Numbered from the stretch's first letter, positions 15,864 to 25,324 are shown. The stretch is 27,064 bases of DNA from a virus (IMGVR_UViG_3300042348_000112:1-27064); one strand, 5' to 3'. Notes: generated from the letters alone by a model not told the origin. Numbers and translations: made by a program.

Positions 15864-17525
15864 ATGGCAGTTACTAAAGAAATCGTCCTCGAAGTAGGAA
15901 TCAAGGACTCAACAGGTCAAGGAACTGAATCCGCAAAGAAACGGCTCCGTGATTTACAACGCGCGCTCGTTGACCTTGCGGTCGCAGGGCAAGAGAACTC
16001 CGCAGAGTTTCGGAAGTTAGAGGCCGAGGCAGGAGAGTTGTCCGACACCATTGGCGATGTTAGCCAAAGGGTCAAAAACCTTGGCTCGGACACCAAAAAC
16101 ATTGAGGCGTTCACTCAAGCGGTTCAAGGTGTTGCTGCTGGTTTCCAAATCGCTCAAGGTGCTGCTGCATTGTTTGGTGAGGAAAACGAGGACATCCAAA
16201 AGGCTATGTTGCAGGTCAATGCGACCATGGCTATTGCCAACGGAATTCAGCAGGTAACGGTCCTGCTTCAAAAGGAATCGGCTATCTCAATGACGGCCAA
16301 CAGGATTGCAACGGCCCTGTACGACAAGACGTTGAAAGGAACCATCGTAAGCCTTCGCCTCTTTAGGACTGCCTTGATTTCAACGGGTATTGGTGCAGCG
16401 ATTGTTGGTGTTGGATTGCTTGTTGAGAACTGGGAAAAACTCACAAAAGTCGTAAAGGATTTCTTGGGCATTGAAACGAAAGACCTCAAGGCCGTATCCG
16501 AATTAGCGCAAAGGCAGGTTGAACTCGCAGAGGCAAGAGGCGAAAGCGAGGCAAAGGTTCAGAATCTCTTGATGGCTGCTTACGATGCAAGGATTGCAGC
16601 AGCCGAGAAAGAAGAAGAGCGAGCGCAACTGATTCACGAGAAAGAGGTCGCAAGGTTGACTTATCAAACCAAACTGCGAACCGATGCAATAGAAAAGCAG
16701 AAGAAAGATGCAGAGGATTTAAGGGCGATGGATTCGGCAGCCAGTCAAGAAGCCGAGAATTTTCGCTTGGCTAAAATTGGCAGGATAAACGATGAACTCG
16801 AAAGGGAAAAGGCTTTGCGAGATGAGAAACTTGCAATCCTTCGGGAAGAAAAGGCACAAAGGGAAGCAGACCTCAAAAAGAGATTCACGGATTCGGACGA
16901 GTTTGCCAAAGCCTATATTCTGCTGACCGAGGAAATGCGACTTAAAGAGCAAGGCATTGCCGAGGATAGTGCAGACAAAATTTCAAAGATTGAACGCAAT
17001 CGTAGGCAACAGGACTTGCAGATGGCTTCCGAGGCCGTTGGTGCGCTTGGTAATTTGCTGACCGCTGGCTTGGGCAAGTCCGAGAAAGACCAAAGAAAAG
17101 CCTTTGAGATAAACAAGAAGGCCAGCATGGGTCAAGCCCTTATCAATACCTTCATGGCCGTAACCGCTGCTCTGACTGCTGGAGGGAACCCGATTAAAAT
17201 TGCAAAAGGTCGTCAGTTCATTGACGCAGGTATCGCCCTTGCGACAGGCTTGGCGCAGGTCGCCAAAATCAGCAAGACCCAATTCCAAGGGAGTTCGGCA
17301 AGTGGAGGCGGTGGAGCGTTAACTGCTGGTGGTGGTGAAGGAGGCGATGTTGCTCCTGCTCCAATCTTTGCTAACCCTCAAACGACCATGCTTGGAACCG
17401 ATGGTGCTGCAATGGGCCAAGGCCAAGGCTCATCACCAATGCGAGCCTATGTTGTGGAGAGGGACATCACCCAAAGCACTCGCAGGGTTCGGAGGTTGGA
17501 GGAATTTGCAACTTTGGGGGCATAG
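15864..17525 (+). CDS. Tape-measure-like protein
   Basis: Ala/Glu/Lys-rich coiled coil with a hydrophobic TALISTGIGAAIVGVGLLV segment; C-terminal RAYVVERDIT motif. Confidence 0.65.
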   Translation: MAVTKEIVLEVGIKDSTGQGTESAKKRLRDLQRALVDLAVAGQENSAEFRKLEAEAGELSDTIGDVSQRVKNLGSDTKNIEAFTQAVQGVAAGFQIAQGAAALFGEENEDIQKAMLQVNATMAIANGIQQVTVLLQKESAISMTANRIATALYDKTLKGTIVSLRLFRTALISTGIGAAIVGVGLLVENWEKLTKVVKDFLGIETKDLKAVSELAQRQVELAEARGESEAKVQNLLMAAYDARIAAAEKEEERAQLIHEKEVARLTYQTKLRTDAIEKQKKDAEDLRAMDSAASQEAENFRLAKIGRINDELEREKALRDEKLAILREEKAQREADLKKRFTDSDEFAKAYILLTEEMRLKEQGIAEDSADKISKIERNRRQQDLQMASEAVGALGNLLTAGLGKSEKDQRKAFEINKKASMGQALINTFMAVTAALTAGGNPIKIAKGRQFIDAGIALATGLAQVAKISKTQFQGSSASGGGGALTAGGGEGGDVAPAPIFANPQTTMLGTDGAAMGQGQGSSPMRAYVVERDITQSTRRVRRLEEFATLGA

Positions 17526-17535
17526 GACATTTACC
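17505..17535 (+). promoter_or_regulatory. Putative phage late promoter (TTTGCAACTTT-N11-ACATTTAC)
   Basis: Same core and spacing as the copies at 21461 and 25810; ATG 4 nt after the core. Confidence 0.55.
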
Positions 17536-17538
17536 ACT

Positions 17539-18132
17539 ATGGAACTGCCAATATACCGAATGACCGTGGACGAGGTGGATGAAGGGGTCCAATTCGTGGC
17601 CCTGACCGATATGCCAGCGATTGAACGGCCATTCCAAGCCTTCGCAAAGACACCACAACGCTTTAGCGAAACAGGCGAACGCAGGGTGCTGACCGGGCCG
17701 CTAATGCTTGCAGATACTCCCATCTTTCGCAAGGACGAAACCTACGGGGAGTACTACGTTGTATTTGACAAAGCGACCATCCGCAAGATAGTCCAAAAGT
17801 ATTTCAAGCAAGGCAACCAGCACAACGTCAACGCCTACCACAATGCCGAACTGGATGGCGTGTTCATGTTCGAGTCATTTATAACCGATGCCGAGCGTGG
17901 CATCATGCCTCCCAAGGGCTACGAGGACACCCCCGACGGTTCTTGGTTCGGCTCCTTCAAGGTTGAGAACGACGAAGTTTGGGACAACCGCAATCTATTC
18001 CGGGGTTTCTCCGTTGAAGGCTTGTTCGGGATGGACAAGACCGAATCCGAAATGGAGGTCGCACTCGCTGGCCTCGCTGACGAATTAACCGCTTTTTTGC
18101 AACATATCCAACCCAACTACAAATCCAACTAA
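17539..18132 (+). CDS. Prohead protease (XkdF-like / S78-type)
   Basis: VALTDMPAIE, RRVLTGPLMLAD, N.N..H, GSWF...KV and FRGFSVEG; ATG at 17539 is the likely start. Confidence 0.8.
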   Translation: MELPIYRMTVDEVDEGVQFVALTDMPAIERPFQAFAKTPQRFSETGERRVLTGPLMLADTPIFRKDETYGEYYVVFDKATIRKIVQKYFKQGNQHNVNAYHNAELDGVFMFESFITDAERGIMPPKGYEDTPDGSWFGSFKVENDEVWDNRNLFRGFSVEGLFGMDKTESEMEVALAGLADELTAFLQHIQPNYKSN

Positions 18133-18134
18133 CT

Positions 18135-18770
18135 ATGAACCTGAAAAACGCAATCGAATCCCTGCGAAGTGAACTTCGTAAATTCAGCACCCAAAAGCAG
18201 TCCTTCGCTGACTACAAGTTGACCGATGGCACGGTTGTCCGTGTGGATGGCGACCTCGTTGCAGGTACTGCCGTTTACGTTGTAGCCGAAGAAGGCACAC
18301 TTCCTGCGCCCGATGGCGAACACGTCGTCGAAGGCGTTGGCACTATCAAGACCGAAGGAGGCAAAATCGTTGAGGTCATCGCTGCCGAAGTAGCAACCCC
18401 GGTCATCGAGCCGTTGCCCGTTGCTGCTGAAATCACCCCCGAAGTGGCCGTTGAGGTAACCGAAGAAATCAAGGAGGCCTATCCTGCCATGACCCCCGAA
18501 GTTGTCGAGGCCATCGTCGCCAAGCACCTCGGAGCCATCATGGACGAACTCAAAGCAGCATACGCTGAAATGGGCAAGATGAAGGAGAAAATGTCTGCAT
18601 TCGCATCGCAGGTTGAAACCATGGCCGACATCGTCGAAAAGGTTTCCGAACTCCCAGCCGAAGCCCCCAAAGCAAGCGGTTCCGCAATCGTCGAGCAACG
18701 CAAGGCTCAAGCCTCGCAGAACTTCAACGCTCTCGCACAAGCACTACAATCACTCAAATCCAAAAACTAA
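18135..18770 (+). CDS. Capsid scaffolding protein
   Basis: Acidic, Glu/Ala-rich with a coiled coil; L.DGT...PAPDGEH motif; lies between the protease and the MCP. Confidence 0.65.
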   Translation: MNLKNAIESLRSELRKFSTQKQSFADYKLTDGTVVRVDGDLVAGTAVYVVAEEGTLPAPDGEHVVEGVGTIKTEGGKIVEVIAAEVATPVIEPLPVAAEITPEVAVEVTEEIKEAYPAMTPEVVEAIVAKHLGAIMDELKAAYAEMGKMKEKMSAFASQVETMADIVEKVSELPAEAPKASGSAIVEQRKAQASQNFNALAQALQSLKSKN

Positions 18771-18794
18771 ACCCCTAACCCCCCCCCACTAACC

Positions 18795-19715
18795 ATGGCA
18801 TACAATTTTGGCAATTTAGTTGCCTACACCGACCAAGAGAGGCTTCCTCTCATCACCAAAGCGGTATTCTCCGCTCGTTCAGCAGCCCTGTTCACCAAGC
18901 AGGTGGGCATCAAGTTCGCTGCTGCTCTCAACCTCATGGACACCGATGCCTTGATTCAAGGCGGAGATGTTTGCGGTTACGCAAGTTCAGGTACGACTAC
19001 ATTCAGTCAGCGGAATATCACCGTTGGCCGTATGAAGGTTCAAGAAACCCTTTGCCCTCGTTCCTTGGAGCAGTACTGGATGCAGACCCAGTTGACCGCT
19101 GGCTCTACCTACGATGGTGTTCCTTTCGAGCAGGCTTTCTCCGAGCAGAAGGCTCTCCGTATCGCTGAGGCTTTGGAAAATGCAATTTGGAAGGGCAACA
19201 CTTATTTCAGCGGTGTCAACCAACTCTTGAACGCTGCTTCGGGTTCTACCATCAGCGGTAACACAGGAGCGGTATCGGCCTCCGTTGGTATCACCACAGG
19301 CAACGCAATCGCCATCTTCGACGGCATTTACAACCAAATCCCACAGGCCATCCTGACCAAGAATGACCTCGTAATCTTCTGCGGTTGGGACAACTTCCGT
19401 ACATTGCTTGGTGCTTTCAAATCAACCGCTAACGTCCTGTATAACCAAGTTGACTTGGCTGGCCTTGCGGATGGCGATATTATGTATCCCGGCACAAACG
19501 TCCGTGTCATTGCAGTCCCCGGCTTGACTGGAACTAACCGCATCGTTTCGTCTTACCTCGGTAACTTCTTCTACGGGACCGACCTTTTGAGCGACGAGGA
19601 GCAGTTCTCAATCTGGTTCAGCAAAGACAACGATGAAGTCCGCTTCCAAGCAGCCTTTAAAGCAGGTGTCCAAATCGCTTACCCCGACTTGGTTGTTGAC
19701 TTCCGCTTGACCTAA
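18795..19715 (+). CDS. Major capsid protein
   Basis: 306 aa, after protease and scaffold; E..IWKG and FYGTDLLSD motifs; strongly biased codons; followed by a strong terminator. Confidence 0.85.
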   Translation: MAYNFGNLVAYTDQERLPLITKAVFSARSAALFTKQVGIKFAAALNLMDTDALIQGGDVCGYASSGTTTFSQRNITVGRMKVQETLCPRSLEQYWMQTQLTAGSTYDGVPFEQAFSEQKALRIAEALENAIWKGNTYFSGVNQLLNAASGSTISGNTGAVSASVGITTGNAIAIFDGIYNQIPQAILTKNDLVIFCGWDNFRTLLGAFKSTANVLYNQVDLAGLADGDIMYPGTNVRVIAVPGLTGTNRIVSSYLGNFFYGTDLLSDEEQFSIWFSKDNDEVRFQAAFKAGVQIAYPDLVVDFRLT

Positions 19716-19720
19716 TGTGT

Positions 19721-19750
19721 AGGGGGGAGGGAAACCTCCCCCTGCTTTTT
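19721..19750 (+). terminator. Rho-independent terminator after the MCP
   Basis: GGGGGAGG-GAAA-CCTCCCCC stem with a GNRA loop, followed by TGCTTTTT. Confidence 0.85.
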
Positions 19751-19781
19751 GTTCCTTGAAACTTAAACCCCAAATACACAT

Positions 19782-20312
19782 ATGTCCTGCGCACTAACAA
19801 CTGGTTACACACTCGGCTGCCGTGATTCAGTCGGTGGCATCAAAGCAATTTACGTCCAAAACTGGATTTCTACCGGGTCCTGTAACACTAACCTTTCAGG
19901 TGCGGTTACGGGGTTCACCGGGTACAATGCAAGCGGTTTTTTTGAATACGACTTGACCAAAGCCACGTCATCCATGACCGAAACTTTGAACGCAAGCATG
20001 GAGAATGGCACAATCTTCTACACCCCCGAAGTAACCTTCACCATCAACAAAATGCAAGTCGCAGTCCGCAATGAACTCCGTTTGCTCGCTCGTAGTAAAG
20101 TCATCGTCATCGTTCAAGACAACAACAGTCGTTACTGGTTGCTGGGTGCTATAAATGGCCTTGAGGCAACCGCTGGAACCGCTGGAAGTGGTACTGCATT
20201 CGGCGACCGAAACGGCTATGAAATAACGCTTTCCGGGATGGAGCCTAACCCGATGTTCCTAATCGAGTCAACAGTCTTTACACCATCGACTACGCAGATA
20301 CTCGGTTCGTAG
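19782..20312 (+). CDS. Putative major tail tube / structural protein
   Basis: MSC.LT.G..L.C.DSVGGIK N-terminus, V.D.N..YWL.G and G.A.GD.NGYEITL.G.E motifs; directly after the MCP. Confidence 0.6.
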   Translation: MSCALTTGYTLGCRDSVGGIKAIYVQNWISTGSCNTNLSGAVTGFTGYNASGFFEYDLTKATSSMTETLNASMENGTIFYTPEVTFTINKMQVAVRNELRLLARSKVIVIVQDNNSRYWLLGAINGLEATAGTAGSGTAFGDRNGYEITLSGMEPNPMFLIESTVFTPSTTQILGS

Positions 20313-20324
20313 TATCTTCGCATC

Positions 20325-20383
20325 AGGTTTTCATCACTGAGGTTTGAGAGGGGCAGTCAGCAATGGCTGCCCTTCTTATTTTT
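20325..20383 (+). ncRNA. Candidate small RNA (promoter-like element immediately followed by a terminator)
   Basis: TATCTTCG at 20313-20320 resembles TAnnTTTG; about 60 nt run to a terminator; the 5' part is complementary to 3917-3939. Confidence 0.3.
20349..20383 (+). terminator. Rho-independent terminator
   Basis: GGGCAGTCA-GCAA-TGGCTGCCC stem-loop followed by TTCTTATTTTT. Confidence 0.8.
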
Positions 20384-20389
20384 ACGGCC

Positions 20390-21466
20390 ATGAAGATTTG
20401 TATCGTTTACAACGCCCATCCAACCGGGTGCAGTTACTACCGCCTCGAAATGCCGAACGCTTACCTTGGCGACAACTACCCGGAGTTCGACTATGTGTGC
20501 GTGGAGAACATCACGACCATCAGCGACGAGGGATTGAAGTCCATTGACCTGTTCCTGTTCAGCCGGCTTTGGTGTCAGGGGACAATGGAGCAAGTCGAAA
20601 ATGTTTACAAAGCCCTGACCCAATACGGAGCGAAAGTCATCCTTGACTTGGACGATTATTGGGTGCTGGAATCGGGCCACATCATGTACCGCCACTATCA
20701 CCAAACCAAACTCGCAGAGGTCATCCGTAAGCACATCAAATTGGCTGATTGGGTAACTTGTACCACCGAGCATCTTGCTGCTCGCATACGGCCTCTAAAT
20801 GCGAATGTGAGCATATTGCAGAATGAGCCTTACGAAGCGTATCAGCAATTTATTCCCAACCCCGAAGAAGAACCCGACAAGCACCTCGTCAAGTTCGGTT
20901 GGTTCGGTGGTGCGCAGCATGGCGAGGACATGGAACTGCTACGAGAAGGGATGCAGAAACTACGCTGGGACGCAAACCTTGACGGCAAGTATCGCCTCTA
21001 CCTTGGAGGTTGGAACGACAATAATCCTGTTTATGAAGGCTACGAGAAGATAATCAGCGACCAAGGGAACAACCCGAACTACGGACGCATTCAGGCAGCG
21101 GATATTTACTCCTACGTCGGGGGCTACAACTTCGTGAACGTAACCCTTGCACCGCTCCGAGATACCAAGTTTAACAAACTCAAGTCCGAGTTGAAGGTGG
21201 TCGAGGCAGGGTGGATGAACAAGGCCATCATCGCATCCGAAACCATCCCTTACACCGATGTCATCCGACACGGAGAGAACGGGTTTCTCGTGCCTTACAA
21301 CAAACCCAAGGACTGGTACAAGTACATCAAGCAGTTGATTCTTGACCCCGACCTTCGCAAAGCCTTGGCTGATAACCTCACGGCTGACATTAAAAAGCAG
21401 TTCAACGTGGCTGAAACCGCCAAGAAGCGGGCCGAACTATACAGGCAGATTGGGCGCAAATTGTGA
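20390..21466 (+). CDS. Glycosyltransferase, GT-B fold (GT4 / group 1-like)
   Basis: G..YYRL.MP, DLDDYW, FGWFGG..H..D, APL....FN..KSELKVVEAG and HGENGFLV; ATG at 20390 lies after the terminator. Confidence 0.88.
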   Translation: MKICIVYNAHPTGCSYYRLEMPNAYLGDNYPEFDYVCVENITTISDEGLKSIDLFLFSRLWCQGTMEQVENVYKALTQYGAKVILDLDDYWVLESGHIMYRHYHQTKLAEVIRKHIKLADWVTCTTEHLAARIRPLNANVSILQNEPYEAYQQFIPNPEEEPDKHLVKFGWFGGAQHGEDMELLREGMQKLRWDANLDGKYRLYLGGWNDNNPVYEGYEKIISDQGNNPNYGRIQAADIYSYVGGYNFVNVTLAPLRDTKFNKLKSELKVVEAGWMNKAIIASETIPYTDVIRHGENGFLVPYNKPKDWYKYIKQLILDPDLRKALADNLTADIKKQFNVAETAKKRAELYRQIGRKL

Positions 21467-21490
21467 AATTCGGGGGCATCGCACATTTAC
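21461..21490 (+). promoter_or_regulatory. Putative phage late promoter TTGTGAAATTC-N11-ACATTTAC
   Basis: Both boxes and the spacing are identical at 25810-25839. Confidence 0.65.
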
Positions 21491-21496
21491 AAGCAG

Positions 21497-21895
21497 ATGC
21501 TTTACCTGAACCCTGACACGACCAACACCCTGACGGTTACTTGGACCGAGCGAGCCAGCACGGGGGACCGCTACATCTTGCGACTCACGAGCATTGCCAA
21601 GAACACCACGACCGATTTCACCCTGCTGAAATCTGCCAACCTTTCCAACTATACCAACCGCTATGACCGATTTCAAATTGCCGTGGGCTCGCTTGAAACG
21701 GGTTCCTATAAGTATGAAGTTTACGATACCAATAGCACGGTTGCCGCTGCTTTGGCGGTCGTTGAAACGGGCTTGGCTTTTCTACAAACCGCAACGATAG
21801 GCTTCAACACCTACGCCAATTCAATTACTTACAACACCTATCTCGCATCCAGCGTGAGGGTTTTCGATTCAACCTTTGACCAATCCTTCGCATGA
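21497..21895 (+). CDS. Putative virion protein with C-terminal FDSTFDQSF motif
   Basis: Beta-rich with RYDRF, G.Y.YEVY and VETG motifs; structural context upstream of the portal. Confidence 0.6.
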   Translation: MLYLNPDTTNTLTVTWTERASTGDRYILRLTSIAKNTTTDFTLLKSANLSNYTNRYDRFQIAVGSLETGSYKYEVYDTNSTVAAALAVVETGLAFLQTATIGFNTYANSITYNTYLASSVRVFDSTFDQSFA

Positions 21896-22446
21896 GCGTA
21901 CAAACGAGAACGCAACTCCAAACGAGTGCTGCTACCATTACCAACGAAACCGCTGCCGGGGCGAACACCGCATCCCGTGTGGGCGGTCTATTTGACGACC
22001 TTGCAGACACCGCCACGCTTGACCGAGAGCGAGGCTTTGCGAACCTTTACCTCGATACCGATACGGCTTTCACCCCGACGCAGGGGCAAAGGGTCAAGTT
22101 GACAAGTGCGATGAAATCAGGCGTTTTGTCAACCTACAATTTCTCACGAACTACCAACTCGCTAACCTACACAGGCACAACAGGGGCAACCCTTCGCATC
22201 GCTGCATCCATGGTCTTTGCGCAGGGCAACAACCACCAAGTCAAGGTTTACATAGCCAAGAACGGCACAACGATTGACCAGTCAATGACTGACATCACAA
22301 CGGCTCACACGAACGGCCATGCGGTTTACACGGAGGCCTACGTTACGGGTGCGGTCAACGATGAATTTGCCATCTACGTCAACGCAATCGATAGCGGTGC
22401 AAGTATCGCAATTTCAGCCCTTTCATTTACCATCCACACGCTATGA
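21892..22446 (+). CDS. Putative short fibre/decoration protein
   Basis: N-terminal ITNETAAGANTASRVG motif and a Thr-rich, beta-rich (C1q/TNF-like?) C-terminal domain; ATGA overlaps at both ends. Confidence 0.55.
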   Translation: MSVQTRTQLQTSAATITNETAAGANTASRVGGLFDDLADTATLDRERGFANLYLDTDTAFTPTQGQRVKLTSAMKSGVLSTYNFSRTTNSLTYTGTTGATLRIAASMVFAQGNNHQVKVYIAKNGTTIDQSMTDITTAHTNGHAVYTEAYVTGAVNDEFAIYVNAIDSGASIAISALSFTIHTL

Positions 22447-24704
22447 GTAATAAATCTACTCAACACTTCACCCAATGGCTTGGGATAGAACATAAGGTTC
22501 CTGTAATGCTGGAGAATAGGTCCGGCAAGTACATCACCTACGGCTTTGCGAACGAATACCCCTACTACCTGCTTGACAACTATCGCAGGAGCAGCAAGCA
22601 CAACGCTATTGTCAACGGCAAGGTGAACTACATCATGGGCGGAGGGTGGCAGGCAGGCGACAACCTGACCGTAGAGCAAGAGGCTCGATTCATCAAGTTC
22701 TTCGACGGACTTTCCAGCACGGAGGACTTAAACGATATCACGGAGAAATTGGTCCTTGACTTGGAGTTATTTAACGGATTTGCGGTCGCAGTTACTTGGT
22801 CCAAACTTGGCACGATTGCGAAGATGGAACACGTCCCGTTCGAGAAAATCCGTGTTGACAAGGAGGAGAAGATGTTTCAGGTGGCCGATTGGTACAACGA
22901 TGACATGATGCAACTCTTCCCCAAAGTCGGGGACATCGAGAAAATCCCTGCATTCGACCCGGAGAACCGCCTCGGTAAGCAGTTGTTCTACTATCGGGTG
23001 TACGCTGCTGGCGTGAAGCACTATCCTTTGCCCGAATACATCGGGGGGAACGCTTGGATTGAGGCAGACGTGCAGGTGGCGAACTTCCACAACAACAATC
23101 TGCGCAACAACTTTTGGGGCGGTTACTTGATTAATTTCAACAACGGCATCCCGACCCCCGAAGAACAGGGCGACATCGAGCGTCAAATCAAGCGTAAGTT
23201 TTCAGGAACGGACAACGCTGGTCGCTTCGTGGTTACCTTCAACGACGACGCAGCCAAGGCTCCGACGCTGGAACCGCTCACTCCGAGCGACATGGATAAG
23301 CAGTTCGAGATACTGAACAAGGCCATTCAACAAGAAATCTTTATCGCACACCGTGTAACGAATCCAGCGTTATTCGGTGTCAAAACCGAGGGCCAACTCG
23401 GAGGAAGGACTGAATTAGTAGAGGCCTACGAGTTATTCAAGGCGACCTACGTCAACGACCGGGTCCGCAAAGTGGAGCGGATGATAAACTACCTCGGTTC
23501 ATTTAATGGCGTGGAAGGGATGGAGTTAATTCCTACCAACCCCATCACGGAGCAGTTGAGCGAACAGGCTCTCCTTCAAGCCATGACCCCAGCAGAACTG
23601 CGAGAAAAAGCGGGTTTGCCACCGATTGAAATCAAGACCGAATCAAGCGTCCAAGACGTTATCACGGCTATCAATTCGCTCTCTCCGTTGGTTGCCAACA
23701 AGGTCTTGGAATCTATGTCAGCAAACGAAATCAGGGCCTTGGTGTCCTTGCCTGCAAAGGCAGAGGGTTCGGGTCTTGCAGGGGAAACGGCAGCCGTAGA
23801 GGTCAGCCCTGAACCTACTGCACCGCAAGGCTTGGCATCGAACGACAACATCAAGAAACTATCGGGCAGGGAGTACCAAAACCTGATGCGAATCGTGCGT
23901 CAGTATATGCAGGACAAAATCACTCTTGAAATGGCTCGGACCATGCTCTCGGCTGGCTTCGGTCTATCAGCCCAAGAGATTGACACGATGCTCGGAGTGC
24001 AGTCCCAAGAGTTCAGCGAGCCTCAATGGGGCCAAGATGACGATGAGGACTACGGATGGGGCGACGAAGAGTTCAAGGTCTTGGAAGTAGTTGCAAGCAA
24101 GTTTGGGAGCCATGCAGACGATTACCATGTCATGCACTCCAAGCCGATGCGGTTTGACACCGATTTAGACGACCAAGTGCGACAGGCCTTTGCTGAACTG
24201 GGCGAAGAAGAGAAAGAGTTGGACCTGAAGATTGAGGCGTATCGCAAGAAGAACCGGGACGCATCGGTTGAAGAAATGGCAAAGGAGTTCGGAGTGAGCA
24301 AGGCGAAGGTCGCCAAGCGTGTCGCCTACTTGATTACCAAGGACCGCTACCCTATCAGCCGGGCCGTGGACAAGATAGCCGAGCAGAACCTTCCCAAGAA
24401 TGTGAAGGAAGTCGCAGAGCCAGTCTTGGAAGTGCGTTACAAGTATGCATGGGCCACGGGTTTCAGCAACAAAGACAAAGGCTCCAGTCGTGAGTTCTGC
24501 AAAGTGATGCTTGACTTGGCCGGGCAGGGCAAGGTTTACACAAGGGAGGACATCGACGGGATTTCTGCAATCATGGGATATTCCGTTTGGAATCGCAGAG
24601 GCGGTTGGTATCACACGCCCAGCGGAGTGAATAGACCGCAATGTCGCCATGTATGGGAGCAGCAACTCGTTATCCGTAAAGGCAATAAAATCAGCAAGGC
24701 ATGA
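22443..24704 (+). CDS. Portal protein with a long C-terminal extension (HTH + MuF-like Cys motif region)
   Basis: SSKHNAIVNGK, YPLPEY.G, FSGTDNAG.F and I..AHRVT.P.LFG portal motifs; C-terminal SREFC...RRGGW...CRHVW. Confidence 0.85.
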   Translation: MSNKSTQHFTQWLGIEHKVPVMLENRSGKYITYGFANEYPYYLLDNYRRSSKHNAIVNGKVNYIMGGGWQAGDNLTVEQEARFIKFFDGLSSTEDLNDITEKLVLDLELFNGFAVAVTWSKLGTIAKMEHVPFEKIRVDKEEKMFQVADWYNDDMMQLFPKVGDIEKIPAFDPENRLGKQLFYYRVYAAGVKHYPLPEYIGGNAWIEADVQVANFHNNNLRNNFWGGYLINFNNGIPTPEEQGDIERQIKRKFSGTDNAGRFVVTFNDDAAKAPTLEPLTPSDMDKQFEILNKAIQQEIFIAHRVTNPALFGVKTEGQLGGRTELVEAYELFKATYVNDRVRKVERMINYLGSFNGVEGMELIPTNPITEQLSEQALLQAMTPAELREKAGLPPIEIKTESSVQDVITAINSLSPLVANKVLESMSANEIRALVSLPAKAEGSGLAGETAAVEVSPEPTAPQGLASNDNIKKLSGREYQNLMRIVRQYMQDKITLEMARTMLSAGFGLSAQEIDTMLGVQSQEFSEPQWGQDDDEDYGWGDEEFKVLEVVASKFGSHADDYHVMHSKPMRFDTDLDDQVRQAFAELGEEEKELDLKIEAYRKKNRDASVEEMAKEFGVSKAKVAKRVAYLITKDRYPISRAVDKIAEQNLPKNVKEVAEPVLEVRYKYAWATGFSNKDKGSSREFCKVMLDLAGQGKVYTREDIDGISAIMGYSVWNRRGGWYHTPSGVNRPQCRHVWEQQLVIRKGNKISKA

Positions 24705-25282
24705 AGGCACTATTCATAAGCGAAGAAACGCTACTGGACAATAGCATCATCAACGAGAACGTATCCTACACCCAAATCCGTCCAACGGTTGTCAAGGTGC
24801 AGGAGATGCGGATTCAGCCCATCGTTGGCTCTCCGTTGTACGGGGAACTCGTCAGCCAAGTGGTCAGCGGTTCAACGTCTGCACTCAACCAAACGCTGCT
24901 GGAGGACTACATCCAACCTGCAATGATTCAATGGCTTTACTACGAACTGCCCATGGTGTTGGCCTTTAAATACATGAACAAGGGCATGGTTCGCAGAACA
25001 AGCGAAGAGTCCTCCCAAATGAGCATGGAAGAGATTACCCGGCTGACCGACAAAGTGAAGAACGATGCGGAGTGGTACTCCGAGCGGATTACTCGCTACC
25101 TGATGGAGAACCGCAACTCCTATCCGCTCTGGAACTCGCCTCCATCGGCTTTGGATACGATTTACCCGAACGCTACCAACTACCGCACCGGGATGGTCTT
25201 GGACCGCAACAGGAGGATGGGAATTAGCAACCTTGACTACCCCTACCCTTACGGTCAATTCGGGGCGTGTAATGACTGCTAA
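24701..25282 (+). CDS. Putative head-tail connector/adaptor protein
   Basis: ALFISE..L....I..NV, Q...I.P..G..LY and L.DYIQP motifs; helical; directly after the portal. Confidence 0.6.
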   Translation: MKALFISEETLLDNSIINENVSYTQIRPTVVKVQEMRIQPIVGSPLYGELVSQVVSGSTSALNQTLLEDYIQPAMIQWLYYELPMVLAFKYMNKGMVRRTSEESSQMSMEEITRLTDKVKNDAEWYSERITRYLMENRNSYPLWNSPPSALDTIYPNATNYRTGMVLDRNRRMGISNLDYPYPYGQFGACNDC

Positions 25283-25324
25283 CGATGGGCGCACACAAGA
25301 AGAACATACTGAAACTGCAAAACT

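Noticed and set aside
17329-17538. Upstream extensions of listed ORFs (17329, and likewise 20363, 10114, 10764, 5575, 3984)
   Set aside because: They overlap upstream genes or terminators; downstream ATGs at coupled junctions or after promoter motifs are better starts.
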